Shown here piece by piece: positions 38,821-52,640 of a DNA stretch of 64,000 bases (positions within the stretch are counted from its first letter, which is position 1; each line of letters begins with the position of its first letter). The position numbers and the translations under genes were made by a program. Under the pieces are notes generated by a model, which saw only the letters and a program-made list of their open reading frames with translations, had not been told where the DNA came from and ran no database searches. The stretch is taken from the NCBI GenBank assembly GCA_013265495.1, contig MU058153.1, positions 1,180,001 through 1,244,000 of the forward strand. Reading direction: 5' to 3'. This DNA is from Vicugna vicugna (taxonomy: Eukaryota).

Positions 38821-39436
38821 TTTTTTTAAAATGGAAGTATAGTCAGTTACAATGTGTCAATTTCTGGTGTACAGCATAATGTTTCAGTCATACATTTACA
38901 TATGTATATTCATTTTCATATTCTTTTTCATTATAGGTTGCTACAAGATATTGAATATAGTTCCCTGTGCTATAGAAGAAATTTGGTTTTTATCTATTTT
39001 ATATATAGTAGTTAATATTTGCAAATCTCAAACTCCCAATTTATCCCTTCCCACCCCCTTTTCCCCTGGTAACCATAAATCTGTTTACTATGTCTGTGAG
39101 TCTGTTTCTGTTTTGTAGATAAGTCCATTAATGTCTTCTTTTTTCTTTTTTTTTTAGATTCCATATATGAGTGATATCATATAGCATTTTTTCTTTCTCT
39201 TTCTGGCTTTCTTCTCTTAGAATGACAATCTCCAGATCCATCCATGATACTGGAAATGGCATTATTTTATTCTTTTTTATGGCTGAGTAGTATTCCATTG
39301 TATAAATACACCACAGCTTCTTCATCCAGTCCTCTGTCAGTGGACATTTAGGTTGCTTCCATTACTTGGCTATTGTATATTGTGCTACTATGAACATTGG
39401 GGTACATGTATCTTTTCAAATTAGAATTCCCTGTGG
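38821..39436 (-). mobile_element. Young lineage-specific L1 3' end with perfect 14-bp TSD
   Basis: TSD gagagccaatgcat at 38807-38820 and 39437-39450. Poly(T), L1 3'UTR and ORF2 end (KKLWCIYTMEYYSAIKKN). Confidence 0.95.
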
Positions 39437-41419
39437 GAGAGCCAATGCATATCATAAGAAAAGGGCTGTTGCTGCTTTCTGGATCAAATACATTAAAGGA
39501 GAGTAAGAGTTGGAATGGAGCAAAAAGTTAAGAGATAACCACAGAATTCCATGGAAGAGGTTATATGACTTGGACCACAGGGATATTAGTGGAAATGGAG
39601 AAAAGAGGTGGCATTTGAGATGTTTCTGTGATATGAGGACTAATATAATTAATAGCATTTGCTAATGGACTAGATGAAGGTGAAGGAAAGAACAAAGTTG
39701 GACTCTGTTTTGAGTAACTGGGTACAGAGTGGTGGATACAGATCAGTTTGAGAGATCTGAAGGACATGCACGTGAAGATGATATTAGGCATTTGAATATT
39801 GGAGTCTGGAGAAAGGTCAGAGCTGAAAATAAATGTGGGAGGCTTCCATGTAGAGTTGGTATTAAACAGATGACAACTGACAAGTGCATTTAAGGACAGA
39901 GTGAAGAGCAACAGGAGAGCTCGGAACCAAGCCCTACTTGACCAGGACCTTGAGAGTCAGACTTGAGATGCAGGGTTCGATTAAACCACTTCTTGAGAAT
40001 TTACGTATCACTATAGAGTGTAAGGTTGACCTTCCATTTCGATGTTCTCTCTCTTCATTTGAGGTATGCTGGGCTTCAACTTTGCAAACTGATGTGGAGT
40101 ATGATTAATCCATGTTATTTTGTGTGAAGTCATAAATGCCATTAATACTTCTGAACACCACATCGGAAGGAGAATTCTTCTAGTAAAACCAACTATTGCA
40201 TTTCAACTCTTTTAAGTATCATTGATAACCATATTTAAGAAAAATGTCAGCGCTTGGAGATTTTTTTTTTCTCTAGGCAATATAAATAACTTTAGGGTCG
40301 GGAGGACAATGATAGTTGAGTAGAGTAAGGGAAGATCTGGGAGTTAACAACATGGTTTCAGCTATTCTTGGCAGATATAGAACATGAGAGGAATTGCAAA
40401 CCTATGTCCCTGTCACCTGCTTCTTTGTCTACAGATGGGACATTTTCCTGATGCACTGTTTCTCATATGTTTCTTCCTGCACTCCCCCCTTCCCACTGGG
40501 TCATTCAATAGAGTCAACGAGAAAGGAATCTTCTGTAGATAACATTTGCTATCTACCTACCCCAAAAAAGAAAAAAATCCTAACTTGGAAAAGCTAATGC
40601 CAGCATGCAATTCAAAATTTGGACCTAGGAAATAAGACAATTTGTGGACCTAGAGAAGAATCCAGCTAGTACTCACCTTTGCCAACACCCTGCTTGAGCA
40701 TCCTAAGTGGTTATTTATCCAGGCTTAGCTTACTCAGAATGAAAACAGCCTCAGTTCATTTTGAATAAAGCAATAAGCACTTCATTTTCACTGTGGATGT
40801 CACTGCACTGTTCTCTTCTTCTTGTTGAAACAATCCAACTTCTCAGCTTTAATTGTAGGATTTTTGAGTGTGATGAGTGTCATTTCCTGGATGACATAGG
40901 TCATGTGTATAGACCAAGAACCCTGATTATAAGCAAGCACTGTTTTGGTCTTGTTTTTGATGGTAATGTTTACCATCTGTTTGCCCTGCTATGACAATAC
41001 TATCCTGATTTCAAACCGAAGTTCTGAAGGCACTTCTGAAAGAGAAACACTGCATGTCAACACATCCCATCATTTTCTTCTCCGTGCCCAAAGCCATTCC
41101 TAAGAATTTAGTTTTCTGTGGAAATATTCCAAATGAAATTCTCTTCAGAAGTCTATCCATTTTAATAAATCACAGAACTTGGAAAGGTTTGTTGAAATAC
41201 AAACTGCCTGATGAGGTGGGATAATTATCAATTCATCAGAAATTTGGAATAAATGAAGTTCCAAATGAAGACGACAGCTTGTGGTCTGCAGTATTCCTTT
41301 GGAAACTCTAAATGGAGATCATGTGGGCAAAATGAATGAAGAAGATAATACAGTAATCGGCTTTGTGTCTTTAGGGACGAAGATTTGACAGAGCCCAGAA
41401 CATTGTTTCAACGAACTAT

Positions 41420-41620
41420 CTTAAGTGTATCTATAGTTCTTTAGCATTTTTACATATTTTTACATCATTCTTCCTTAAACCTTAAAACAGCACAATGGGA
41501 TAGGAGTTTATGTCTGGTTTACAGGTAAGGAAACCGAGGACTCCTTGAGGAGTTATGGGTCTTATAAATGGATGATCTTAGATTGAACCCTAGGGTGGAC
41601 TTTTTGTCTAGTGATTTTTT
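41420..41620 (-). mobile_element. MIR SINE
   Basis: 'gtttacaggtaaggaaaccgaggactcc...agattgaaccctagg'. Confidence 0.6.
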
Positions 41621-41989
41621 TCCCAACATTTTGCAGCTTCTTTCTATGTTTCCTAGTACTAAGGGTGACTTCTGGCTTTATAAGGCTTCTCTGAACTCTA
41701 GGCAGATATGTTTGTCTGTGTCTGGTTTCCTGATTTGGTTTATGAAGAACGTTAATTCATAAACAAAATCGGGAGCCTCAGTGGCTTCCTGGCCAATCAG
41801 ATGGACTATGCCCCAAGGTGTCAGACCAAACATTTTTTAAAAACCAAACTATTTCCCAAATGTAAATCGTTTTTTCCAAAAGGAGCCCTGTAAGACAACA
41901 TAGCTGGTTATATCCTCCATCACCACAAAAAGCAATGTACCGTTTGGGGAAGCCCATTTTGGTGGTGTGCCGTGCCTATCAAACCAGAG

Positions 41990-42780
41990 ATGTCCAAAAG
42001 GAGTTCTTACTTCATTCCTGCTCTTCCTGTTTGTTTCTCTGCTGTTCAGTTAACATTTCAGCAAGTGCAGCCCCATTCTTTCCATACAAAGACAGCATCT
42101 TTGATCTCTCTTTCTCCAAATCACACAATCCTGATCGTTTTGCGAGTAAAACTTTGTTCTGCTCTAGAATCCCTCTCCACTCTCACCACCCTCATTCACA
42201 TCATCATCACCTTCTCTCAGCTGGACAGCTCCAGCAGCCTCCCTACAGCTTCCTCTTTCCACAGACCCCACGTGCCACCGTGATAGTAAAAAGGATTCCG
42301 GGGAAGGTGCCCACCTCTCCAGATTAACCTAAGAGCATTCTCTGTCTTGCTCACAAGTCTCAAGCCATTCTGGTCTCTGGTGTTTCTCTAACTTCTCCCA
42401 TGTAGCTGAGAAGCTCACTTCCATGGCTTTGCATGGCTTACTCTTTCGACTCCCTCAGGAATCAGCATGCATGCATCTTTTCAGAAGAGGCTTTTTTTTT
42501 TGCCTACTCCAACCTAAATAGTGTCCCTCAATTCTTCACTAGCTCATCACCCTGTTTCCTGCAAATGCTTTTACTACAATGGGAAAAAATAATCCCACTC
42601 ATGCATTTGTTTACTTCTATAATTTTCTGCTTCTTCTACTGTGCTGTGCATTTCATGAGGGCAATGGGCATATATGTCCTTTCATTGTTTCTGCCCCAGT
42701 ATTTGGCATATAATATATAATCAATACTTATTGGATGAGTGGGTGAATGAATGAATGAAATGAATAAGTGAGTGAGTAAA
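41990..42780 (+). mobile_element. L2 3' region
   Basis: 'ctctcagctggacagctccagcagcctccctacag', ending 'ttcatgagggcaatggg...cagtatttggcatataat...(gaat)n'. Confidence 0.75.
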
Positions 42781-43619
42781 CATGAATAGCAACTCTCTAA
42801 AACATCATAATCTTCAAAAAAAGAGCTGACTGCTAAAAGCCCAGCCTCCAAGCTGACTCTTCCTTATCACTCGCTCTTCATTAAGAATATATTAAATGAC
42901 TCATCATCTTTACTATTATATTATCATGCTTCTTGTCTAATGGACCTTTTTTTCTAAATTAAATTACATGTGCAGTGCAAGCTATGCAGATATTTTGTCA
43001 ATTTTTCCTGTCTGAATTGCTTTTTATCAGAGCTAGCATGATTAGTTTTGGACATTGATTGCTCCTTTTGTCCCCATAAGTGAACTAAAGTTTTATTATT
43101 TTCCACGCGGGGGAAATGTACATTTTCTGCACTCTACAAATGGTCATAGACTTTGCTAATGTTGGTTGTCTCCTTGTCTCTCCTGCTTATGCATGTGTCT
43201 TTATAGAAACAGTGGATTTGGCTTGAATATTTCTGCCTTTAAACAGCAAATTATCTTCATATCAATGGGTGTTATAAAAATGCCAATAACTCCTATTCCT
43301 GGTTTGAGTGTATACCATCAATATACACTGAATGCACAAGAAAAGCAGCCGATAATAAAGCAAAGCATCTAGAGCCACTACAAGATAAATATGATATTAA
43401 TTTGAAGAAGGGTACAAAGAGAGGGGAGAGTTATAATAAGCTGAACATTTATGTCTTAGGTGCACCGCACAAATACCACCTAATCCTAGCAACAGCCCTG
43501 CTGGAAGGAAAACACTGTGTCCTCCAAAAGATAAAGTGCACTACATTTCAGTGATGCTTATGTCTAGAGTCCATAAATTAGTAAAGCCCTTAACTGAGAT
43601 TTAATCTAAAATTAGTCTG

Positions 43620-43787
43620 GAAGGGTGGGTGTGGCTCAGTGGTGAAGCAGGGGCTTAGCACACAAAAGGTCCTGGGTTCAATCCCCAGTTCCTCCATTTA
43701 AAAAAAAATAGTAATAATAAATACATAATAAGTAGGCAATATTTATTTAAAAAATCCCGACCAATCTAACTCTATAAAAAATAAAAT
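43620..43787 (+). mobile_element. Camelid tRNA-Ala-derived SINE inserted in a MIR (about 43430-43815)
   Basis: gggtgggtgtggctcagtggtgaagcaggggcttagcacacaaaaggtcctgggttcaatccccagttcctccatt + A-rich tail. TSD aaaattagtctg (43608-43619) / aaagtcagtctg (43788-43799). Confidence 0.88.
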
Positions 43788-45389
43788 AAAGTCAGTCTGA
43801 TTTCATAGTCCCAGAAACTGCTGCTTTTTCAGGCTTCATGTAGATAGAGCTCATGTACAAAGATGAGTGGCCCCTCGTGGTCCTGTGTCACTGTGGTCTG
43901 ACTGGGTCTTCCAGAAAGTGGAAGTCATCCTTGAAACACCCAGCCGCAAAGAAGTTTGAAGAGGAGGTTACCCACCTCTGTCTTCCCACACGCATAATAT
44001 AACCTTGTGAAATTTCCATTGTACCCTTATTTAGTCTTTGTTTCCCCAGACTTTACAAATCTGTACCATCTTCCTTTCCTATTTGACAGTCTGCTTTCCT
44101 GGATTAATACCCCCTGAGTAGACATTATTGAACAGAACCCTGGAAAAGTTATCCTTTTGACGTCTTTTGTTATCCCACTCCCCTTGACATGGCGGTGAAT
44201 CTAAGTTAAATGAGAATGAGCATGGTGTTATGTCAATGATTTCACATATACATTAGCATGTTGTGTTTTCTGCCAATCAGTTATGCATGTCCGTGACTCT
44301 CAAGATATATGCTTTGAAGAGAGACGTCCTAGAATTCTCAGAGGAAATACATGATTTTATTAAATTTGGAAGCTGAATCTCGATCATCCCAGGAAGTCAA
44401 GCCAGACCTAGTGTGAACAGGTCTCAGGAACTGACCATGACACAGCCATGTTCTGTGCTGGTCGGCAATGTGCAGCAATTGACCAGTTTTCATTCTGGCC
44501 CGCTTAAGGGACAGTGCCCTTCTCTATACAATTCTCTGGGCAGTGTGAGTTCTTAATAAATAGTGCACAGTATCTACTTGCCACTCTTTGACAAATCCTC
44601 TTGTGAGTTAGAAACAAGAGACCCTTCATATACAGCTGAGGAGTAATTAAAATATGGCTAAAGGGTCCTATGCCAATTCCAGCCTTTTTTTTTTTACATT
44701 AGAACTTTATTTTTAGCTTTATGTTAGAGGTAATTTTATGCAGAAGGGAAATTGGGTTGGATTCTCAGAGCTGCGTATGTCCTTATCTGAACATTCTTTT
44801 TCATTTCTTGCATGGGACCCTGTTGATGTCGTACAAAATTATGCAGGAAGAAGTAAAAAGGGGATATTCTCCAGACATGTACCTGGTTTGCTATAATCTC
44901 CGTCAATACTAGTTATGAGAAATGGTACCATCTCTTTCTTTAGAACTTACTAAGAGGCAGGTGATAAATATAGACTAATGAACTATATAGACTATTTTTA
45001 ACTGTCTAACAATGCCAAGCAGAGGCATTCATCTTCCTGCTTAAAATTCTAGATTAAAATATGTTAGCAATCTTGTTCTCAAATGGGAGACCTGGTGATA
45101 TAGCTGGAAAACAGTGCATTTGAGAGCTAGCCTGAATGAGTCTCTTTCCTGATTTAGGAGAATGATTTGGGTAAGTCCTCAGTCCTTAGAATTGGTGGGA
45201 ATTGTAAGAATTTATTAATTTGTTAGCTGAAATTAATTATCCTTACATCATAAGGATAAATATGATTACATAAATAAAATCATGGAACATTTTCTATCAC
45301 AGTGACAGTAGTGAATCTAATCAATTAACATAGTCATAAAAGTAAATGCTACTGTTGTGCTAGAAATATTTTGATTTATCATTTTTTAA

Positions 45390-45485
45390 TTTTTAAACAT
45401 TTTCTTGAGATGTAATTGACATATTAGTTTCATACATATAGTATGATTCAATATTTATATATATTGCAAAATGATCACTATAATA
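45390..45485 (-). mobile_element. Very short L1 3' terminus
   Basis: 'ttgagatgtaattgacatattagtttc...atgattcaatattt...tgcaaaatgatcactataat'. Confidence 0.65.
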
Positions 45486-47019
45486 AAATACTTTTTTTAG
45501 GAAGAAAATCTTCCCCCATCTTCTTCACTCAGCAAAAGATTTCTTCACACGTAACTCTGAATATAATCTCAAGCCTTTTTTTTCCCCTTTAATTATCCCA
45601 CATTCTAAATGAAGAGGGTCTGAGTTAATGAGGTTTTATTTCATATGCACCAGCATAAATAAAGGGGATTTTAATCACATGGACAGAACTATGTAAATTT
45701 AACGTTGTACTTACTCAGGAAACTGCATCATGTAAATATCACGCACGTTAAAGGCCCTTTCTTGGCTGTACTACTTCACGAGGTCTAATTGGTTCACTTC
45801 AAGGATGGCTGACAATATTAAAGAGGGATAAAAGAAGAGCTCTTTTCCCATAATTGTTGGAGAATCTGCTGTATGTATCTGGAAATATTGTTTCACCAAG
45901 TATGAGTTATTTTATTCTTGGAACACATTATCAGTAAATTATTTTGTGTTTCATCCTATGAAGTCTTACAGTCTAGTATAAATGTGACCAGAACTAAACA
46001 AAATTAGAATTGCACAATTAAAAGTGTAAAGAACAAGCCCACAGCATGAAGTCAGAAACTATCCAAGAGCATACTCATGTCAGCGTGCCCTGTGGGATAA
46101 AAATGTTTCACATGGACACACGGATATTTTGTTATCTCCAAACCTGAGCTAACAAGTTTTCATTGTAATGTTAGACCATTCACATATAGAAGCAAAATTT
46201 ATTACGTCCTGACTGTGCATTTAAAATATTTTGGTAATTTTTTTTTTTACAGTTTCTACCAATTGTAACAGTAAACCGAAAGTTATCTGAGGGTTTCTTT
46301 CTAATAACCGTATGAAAGAAACAGCTGTTCTTTTCGTAACTAAAGAAAAACATGCTTAGTATTGCAAAATGTCTCTTCTCTTCCTAGTACAAGGAGAGAG
46401 GTGAAGGAAGACCTGGTTTGTGTTCATGTGTTCGTTAAATTTCACAAGACAGGCTTGTTCACTACAGGCCTTAGATGCTAAACCAAAGTACCACGTAGAA
46501 ATGAAAGGAATTTTGTTTTTAGAATATGAATTCACAATACTTGAACCTAGAGTGAATTCAAAGGTGTGATGAAGTTTGTAAAAAAAATGAAATCATAGCC
46601 ATCTCTTGGTTGGTAGGCATTCAGCAGGCTCTTTACTGGAGAACATGCGTGGATGTTTTAGTACCAAGTTTTTGGCATGTCCACTAAGAACTGAGGAGAC
46701 AGGGAGATTTTTAAGACTCTAGTCCTATACTAAAAGTTAATTTGAGAATTTTTCAAATTGTAAATTCTTTCCCTGTGTTCCAACAATTTACTTTTCCAAA
46801 ATTAACTTTCTGAAATTTTAGACGTTTGGATTGTTCCTATTGTTTCACTGTTTTTGTTGTGCAGATATTCAGAGAGGAAGGGAAAAAGGCGGGGAAGAGA
46901 GACAGAAGAGAATCTGTAGCATTTAAAAAAGGTTGCTGGTGATTATGAGAAGACAATGTATGGGGGAAAAATGTCCTAGTGAAGTGGGAAAATGGAATTG
47001 AATTAAATGTATTGAGTTC

Positions 47020-47460
47020 TAATAATTGCAGCTACCAGTTATTAAATGTTGGCTGTGTGCCAGTTACTCTATTAAACACTTTCTGTGGCTTTTGTCAAGT
47101 AATACTCATAAAACACTATAAAGTGATATTATGTTTATATGCCTTTTACAGAAAAAATGATGCTTCAGTACAGCAAATAACTTGCTCAAGGCCATAGAAC
47201 TAATAAACCCCAAAGCTGGGAACCGAGCCAACATTGATTTGGCTCCAAAATATATCTTGTAACCACAAGAATGTACTGCACTGGTCTAAGCCCTTTGCAT
47301 GCATCATCTCATTGACTTACTGTAACACTTTGGACACATACTACTAAGCTCTTTATTTTGTTATTAGATAAAAATGTTGAAGTTCAGGGAGGTTCATGAA
47401 CCTATTATGTAAGTTCAACCAGCAGAGCAAGGTTGGAGCCCATGTCTTTGTCATTCTTTG
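47020..47460 (-). mobile_element. Two MIR SINEs
   Basis: 'ttttacagaaaaaatgatgcttcagtacagcaaataacttgctcaaggccatag' and 'tttgcatgcatcatctcattga...tgaagttcagggaggtt'. Confidence 0.65.
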
Positions 47461-48267
47461 CACCAAGGAGCACTTCTGTTTGGAGGAGTGGGAAAATTGA
47501 GAAGACAGTTTAGGATCAAGTTTAAAGAAAACAAAGGGAAGGAAAATTAAGGTAGTTCTGTTTGCTGTACTGGAAATTCCAAGAGGATTTGTAGTTGGGG
47601 TGAGGACTCTGAAAGAACTGAGTGTTAAAAGAGAGTCAATTTTGGCTCCTTGTCTTACCTGCCTTTTACTTTGTATGACTGGTTTCCATCATCCCTTTTC
47701 TGTGAGTTGCTTTGGATCCCGAATCACTTTTTTCTGAGCAAGAAAAAGAAAATAGAAGCCGGAAAACTGATTAGAAAAGACATGGAAGGAATTCTGCGAG
47801 TGCTTGTCCTCGGTGAATCCAGCGCTCCTAGGAGACGTGAGAGAGGGGAAGCAGCCCACCTCTCTCCGGAGGGCTGCTGTCGCCTCCAAGGTGGAGTAGA
47901 GCCCCCTCTGATGCACTCCCTCTGATCACTCCCCACCTTGCCGTCAGAGGGCCCTTTTGCAAATACAAGGCTGATCCTGTCACCTTGTACTTTTGAAACC
48001 TTTCAGTAGCTTCTCCTGCTCTTGAGTGAAGACAAAGCAAGACTCCCCACCCACCCCTCCACCCTGCTCTTCCATTGTGCCGCCCCCAACACACGTTTTC
48101 TGCCCCAACTTGATGGCCCCTTTTTTCACTTTTCTGTGTTTCCTCTGCTGGCATGCCTAGCCCAGCCCCTAGGCATGTAGCATATTGGCATCCGCCCTTC
48201 CCATCAACTCCAGTTTTACTCCCCAAGAAGCCTTCTCAGACCTCCTTGCCTTGATATCTGTGCCCAA

Positions 48268-48360
48268 GCAACCCATAGAACTGTGAGATACACCATGACG
48301 GTTATTGTTTTAAGCCACTAAGTGTCGGTGCTAGCTACACACCAAAAGATAAGTGAGACA
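48268..48360 (+). mobile_element. MaLR LTR (MLT1) 3' fragment
   Basis: 'cccatagaactgtgagata...ttattgttttaagccactaagt...agataagtgagaca'. Confidence 0.7.
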
Positions 48361-51199
48361 GACACGTGATAAGAAATTGTAGAACTCATAGATTAACCTA
48401 CTTTCCTCCTGATTGGATTCTTCCTACTCAGAACATAGGGAAAGATGTCAGGCTGTCCTATAAGGATTTCCTTCTCTGTGCTCATCAACTGCAAAATTCT
48501 GTTTACGTGGTGGATATGAAAACACATGTCACTTAAATTAACTCTTGCTCACTAGTCTGTGCATAATAGTAAGATAATGTAAGGGTTGTTTTAATATGTC
48601 ATGTCAAATTTTATTGTTTTAATACCAAATTGCTAATGGAAAGGCCTTAACCCCCTTCAAAACACAATTCCTTTCTCCAGTGCCTCTGGGAGTCTCCAGA
48701 GGGTGTTTTTAATGTACCAACAAGCAGGTCCTCTGGACTACTCACCAGTCATGCTTCTTTGCGCTCCTCCCATTCACCAAGGGTGCCCTGCTCCTGCTGG
48801 GGCTGCACTTTCTGCCCTTGGAGAGAATGCTGTCCTATCCGTGATGCCGTCTCCCAGTGCTCCCATTTACGCCAAGCACAGGAGGTACCAAGAAAGCACT
48901 GTGCTGCTTTCAGTCCTCACTGCACTGGATTCGTGATGTATTCTGTGCAGAAATGTGGCCGTGGTCCCTTGTTCCACAACACAGGCTGGAGGCATAGAGC
49001 AAGTCACTGGTTCATAGGAGTTGCATTTCCTTGATTAGGGTCTAGTCTGTTCTTATGAATGACCTTTTGCAGCCCATGACTCGTTGAGTCTTTGGTGTCT
49101 CCTTCTGGATGGCCCCTTCCTCTTCCATAAAAAGTAACCCATGTTTGAAGCTGAATAGTTTTTACGGCTCAGTTACTGACCATAGTAGTATGGATATCCT
49201 AGGCTTCTTTTCATTTTGCACTGTTCTGTCACTTTGGGCTTAAAATAATATAATTCCTTTAAAACCTCCGTGGGTTTTCTGTGTGTTAAATTGTCATTCT
49301 TTCTATTCAACAAAATGCATTCTACATTGCTTCCCATGTGAGGTTGCTGTGCTAAGATGCCCTTAATGTTCTTAGAACTTTTATTATTTCCCAGGTATCA
49401 CCAAAGAGGTGCACCACTATTATTATTTATCACGTAATTACAGACTGTATCACCCCTCTACTCTGGATTTTATCTTTTGCCTTGAAGGCATTTCTTGCTC
49501 GGAGAATGTTTTCTTGGGAAAGCCTATGGATGAAAAAGAGCTTTTTGGTTTTGTTTTTCTGTTTTTGTTTTTTCCACCAAACCTGTTAGCTTCTGAAAAG
49601 TTTTCCCAGTATCTAAAGCTTTCTATCTGTAGTTTGTCTGCCCCTTGTCATTCAAAGACCATCATGAGTTCAGGTGTTACACGGTTATCTCCAGTTCCCC
49701 ATCTCTGTAGAACCTCTGATACCCATGTGAAAATATCCTCCAAGCCCCCAGATGTTTTTCTCCTTTTCTGTCAACTCAGGCAACTGGCTGGGCAAGTCAG
49801 TCACCAGATTCCAGGCACTCACATTGTAAGTCTGGGCTTAGGCCCAGTTGGGGTCTCTGAACACATATGAAAACTCTAAGCAGAGACAGAGGAACGTCCT
49901 AGCAAGAAAAAGAGACCCACGTGGTCACTTTTGTTTTGTTTTGTTTTCATTGTACTTGCGTGTAGGTAAGATACTTAGCCTCACTGAACCTTAACTTACT
50001 CATCTCTGCAATCACATGATCCACATGGATTTTTATCGGTTTTATTTAGATGTATGCAGATTTCCTGTCACATAGTAAACATTGAGTTAAATAGGCTTTA
50101 TCACAGACATTTTCTTATGTGCATGCGTATGTGTTTGTTTGAAAGTCAGATCCATTTTAGTGGTGCTGCTAACATGGATAAGTTATTCTGCTTATCTCAA
50201 CCTCATTTATCTTTAAAGCAAAATTTTTAGCAACATTGAATCATACTGTATGTACGTTGTTTAATCTTTTTATTTGATGATATTTCATGTGCTTTTTCAA
50301 ATTTCCTGCAGAATTATTTTTAATGACTACACGGAACACCATGATTATTTCACAAGTCTCCTGTTGTTGGCTATTAGATCATTTCTAATTTATTGCTATC
50401 TGATAATTATGCTGGGATGAAATACTTATAAATTGTTTCCTCGAGACATATTCTTAGAAAGGGAATTACAGAAATTACTGGTTCAATAGATCTGCTTATT
50501 TGAAGACATGTTAACATATATTTCCAAGTTGCCTCCCAGAGACACAACCGATTCTACTCCCCCACAGTACTGCATTTATCGAGTTTTGTTTAAAGCCTTG
50601 TCAGTTTTGAGAGGCCAAAAGCAGTAGTTCCTTATTTTAATAGCTACGATTCTTAAAACTCATGGCTATTACTTATGGTCATGTTTCTGTGCCTTAAGCC
50701 GACACTTGAACAATAATAATTACCCCGAATGTACCCTCTAACAACATTTTCACGTTTATTAGTTTACATAATATACCCAGCAGCCTTGGAAGATAAATAG
50801 TGGAACCAATAATCATTAAAGTATGTCACAAAGCATAACAATTAGTGTCTACACGTATTCACACACAGATCTCCCAATGTCAAAATCAGGGTGAATTTCT
50901 TTAGTAAAACCTACCATTCTCAGAGTTGATGAAAAGAAAAGAAAAAAAAAATGTTCCTCAGGACTCACCCTTTTGAATAAAGATGAGAAGGGATTACTAC
51001 ATCTTGGCCTGGTGAGCAGATGTGCTAACTGCTGACTGGGCCGTTCATTTCTTCTCAGGCTAAGGTTTTTGGGACAGACTCCCATAATATCAATGACATA
51101 GCATCACACAGTCCCATATTATAAATACTAAGCTTTAGTTAAATCTAGGCATTGTTTTGCCCAAGACTTCTGTCTACCTGTTTTTTTGTGTTTTATGTG

Positions 51200-52640
51200 A
51201 TTTTTTATTAAAAGAGTGACACATTCTTATTGCAAAAAATGATTAAACTACAGAAATGCACAGAATAAAGGTAAACTGTTCCTCCTCCTCTTGCCTTCAA
51301 CTCCATCTTCAGACTAAGTCACCATCAGCAGTTGGTGTTAGTCTTTCATATTTTCTAAGCATGTTTTTAAACAGTCGGGCCCATTCTCTACCACTTGTTC
51401 TGTTGCATGTTTTCGTCACTTGTTACTGTACAGCATCCCGTGTTGCTTCAGAGTGTTCCAGTGGAGGAATCTAGGAATTCAAATATGGCTCATTAATTAC
51501 TGATGGACATTTATGTTTTCCCCAAGTATAGTTTTTGCCAATATTAGTATGAGCATCTTTCTACACCCATCTATTTCTAGCTTCAATTGCTAAACGTGTA
51601 CCATTAAACAGTCAAAACTGCAAAAACCTAGTCAAAGGTGATCCACATTTACACTTTCATAGGCATTACCATATTGCTTTCAAAATGCTTCCAACCTAGC
51701 CGTCAGTAGCATACAAAAGTGTCTATCCCCATGTTCTCACCAACACTGAATATATTCATTAGTTTTTATCCTTACTCATCTCAGTGATGAAAAAATTCTC
51801 ACTGTTTTAATTTGCTTTCAATTAGCATGAGGTTGACCATCTTTTTATATTTTTTCAGTTATTTGGATTTTATTTTTAGAAAACTGACTTTTCATAGTTA
51901 TTGTTTGGTTTTTAAATTTGGTTTGGGGCTGTTCTTCCCAATTTGTAAGCTTTCTTTGTATTTGTCAAAAATAGGTGCTTTGTCTGATTATGGGTTATAT
52001 GTGTTTCCCAGTTATCATTGTCTTTAAACTATTTATATAATTTTCCTATTGAGTGATTTTTTTAAATTAGACTTTCTATCTTTAAATTTTTTTTTAAGGC
52101 TTCTGGTTTTCCTGGCATGCCTATGAAGGCAATTCCTATTCCAAGAATAGTAACATTATTTTCTTTATCCATGTGCTATTCTAGTAAATTCTATTGCTTT
52201 CATTTTTCATCTGTAAGCCTTGATTTAAGTAGAATTTATTGTCAAGTGAGACATTAAGGATATATATTTAGGTAGATACATCACATGTTTTGCATTTGTG
52301 TGTGTATACTTCCTCAAAATAATAATTAGTCGTTCTAGCATTATTCATTAAATAATCCTTACTAATTAGTTACATTGTCACTGGGTTAAAATGACATCTT
52401 TGTCATATCCTAAATTAATTTAAGTGTCTTGTCATTTTTAAATGTTCGTTTACCTGTTAGTTTAACCCTGTGACTGTGTTCTTTTGTTTTAATTACAGTA
52501 ATAATTCTATGATACTTTATATCTGGTAGGGCTAACTCCATCCAATTTCTTTTCTTATGTTTGTCATCATTGTTCTCGTGTTATTTTTCCATACAAGTAT
52601 TACAATTATTATTTTGTTTAAGTGACAGAAAAAAATGGCA
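51200..52640 (-). mobile_element. Old L1 (L1ME-type) fragment
   Basis: 'tactgatggacatttatgttttcc', 'catgttctcaccaacactgaatat', 'tgttttaatttgctttc', 'ctttatatctggtagggctaactcc'. Confidence 0.7.

Larger units (their letters stand above)
38050..39940 (-). mobile_element. L2, interrupted by MER3-like MITE and young L1
   Basis: 3' end 'tatttattgagctcttcctctgtgtcaggaattgtgc'. Continues 'gtgaagatgatattaggcatttgaatattggagtctggagaaaggtcagagctg'. Confidence 0.75.

Noticed and set aside
49409..49870. 153-aa ORF
   Set aside because: Non-ATG start, low-complexity F/L/S composition, no domain features.
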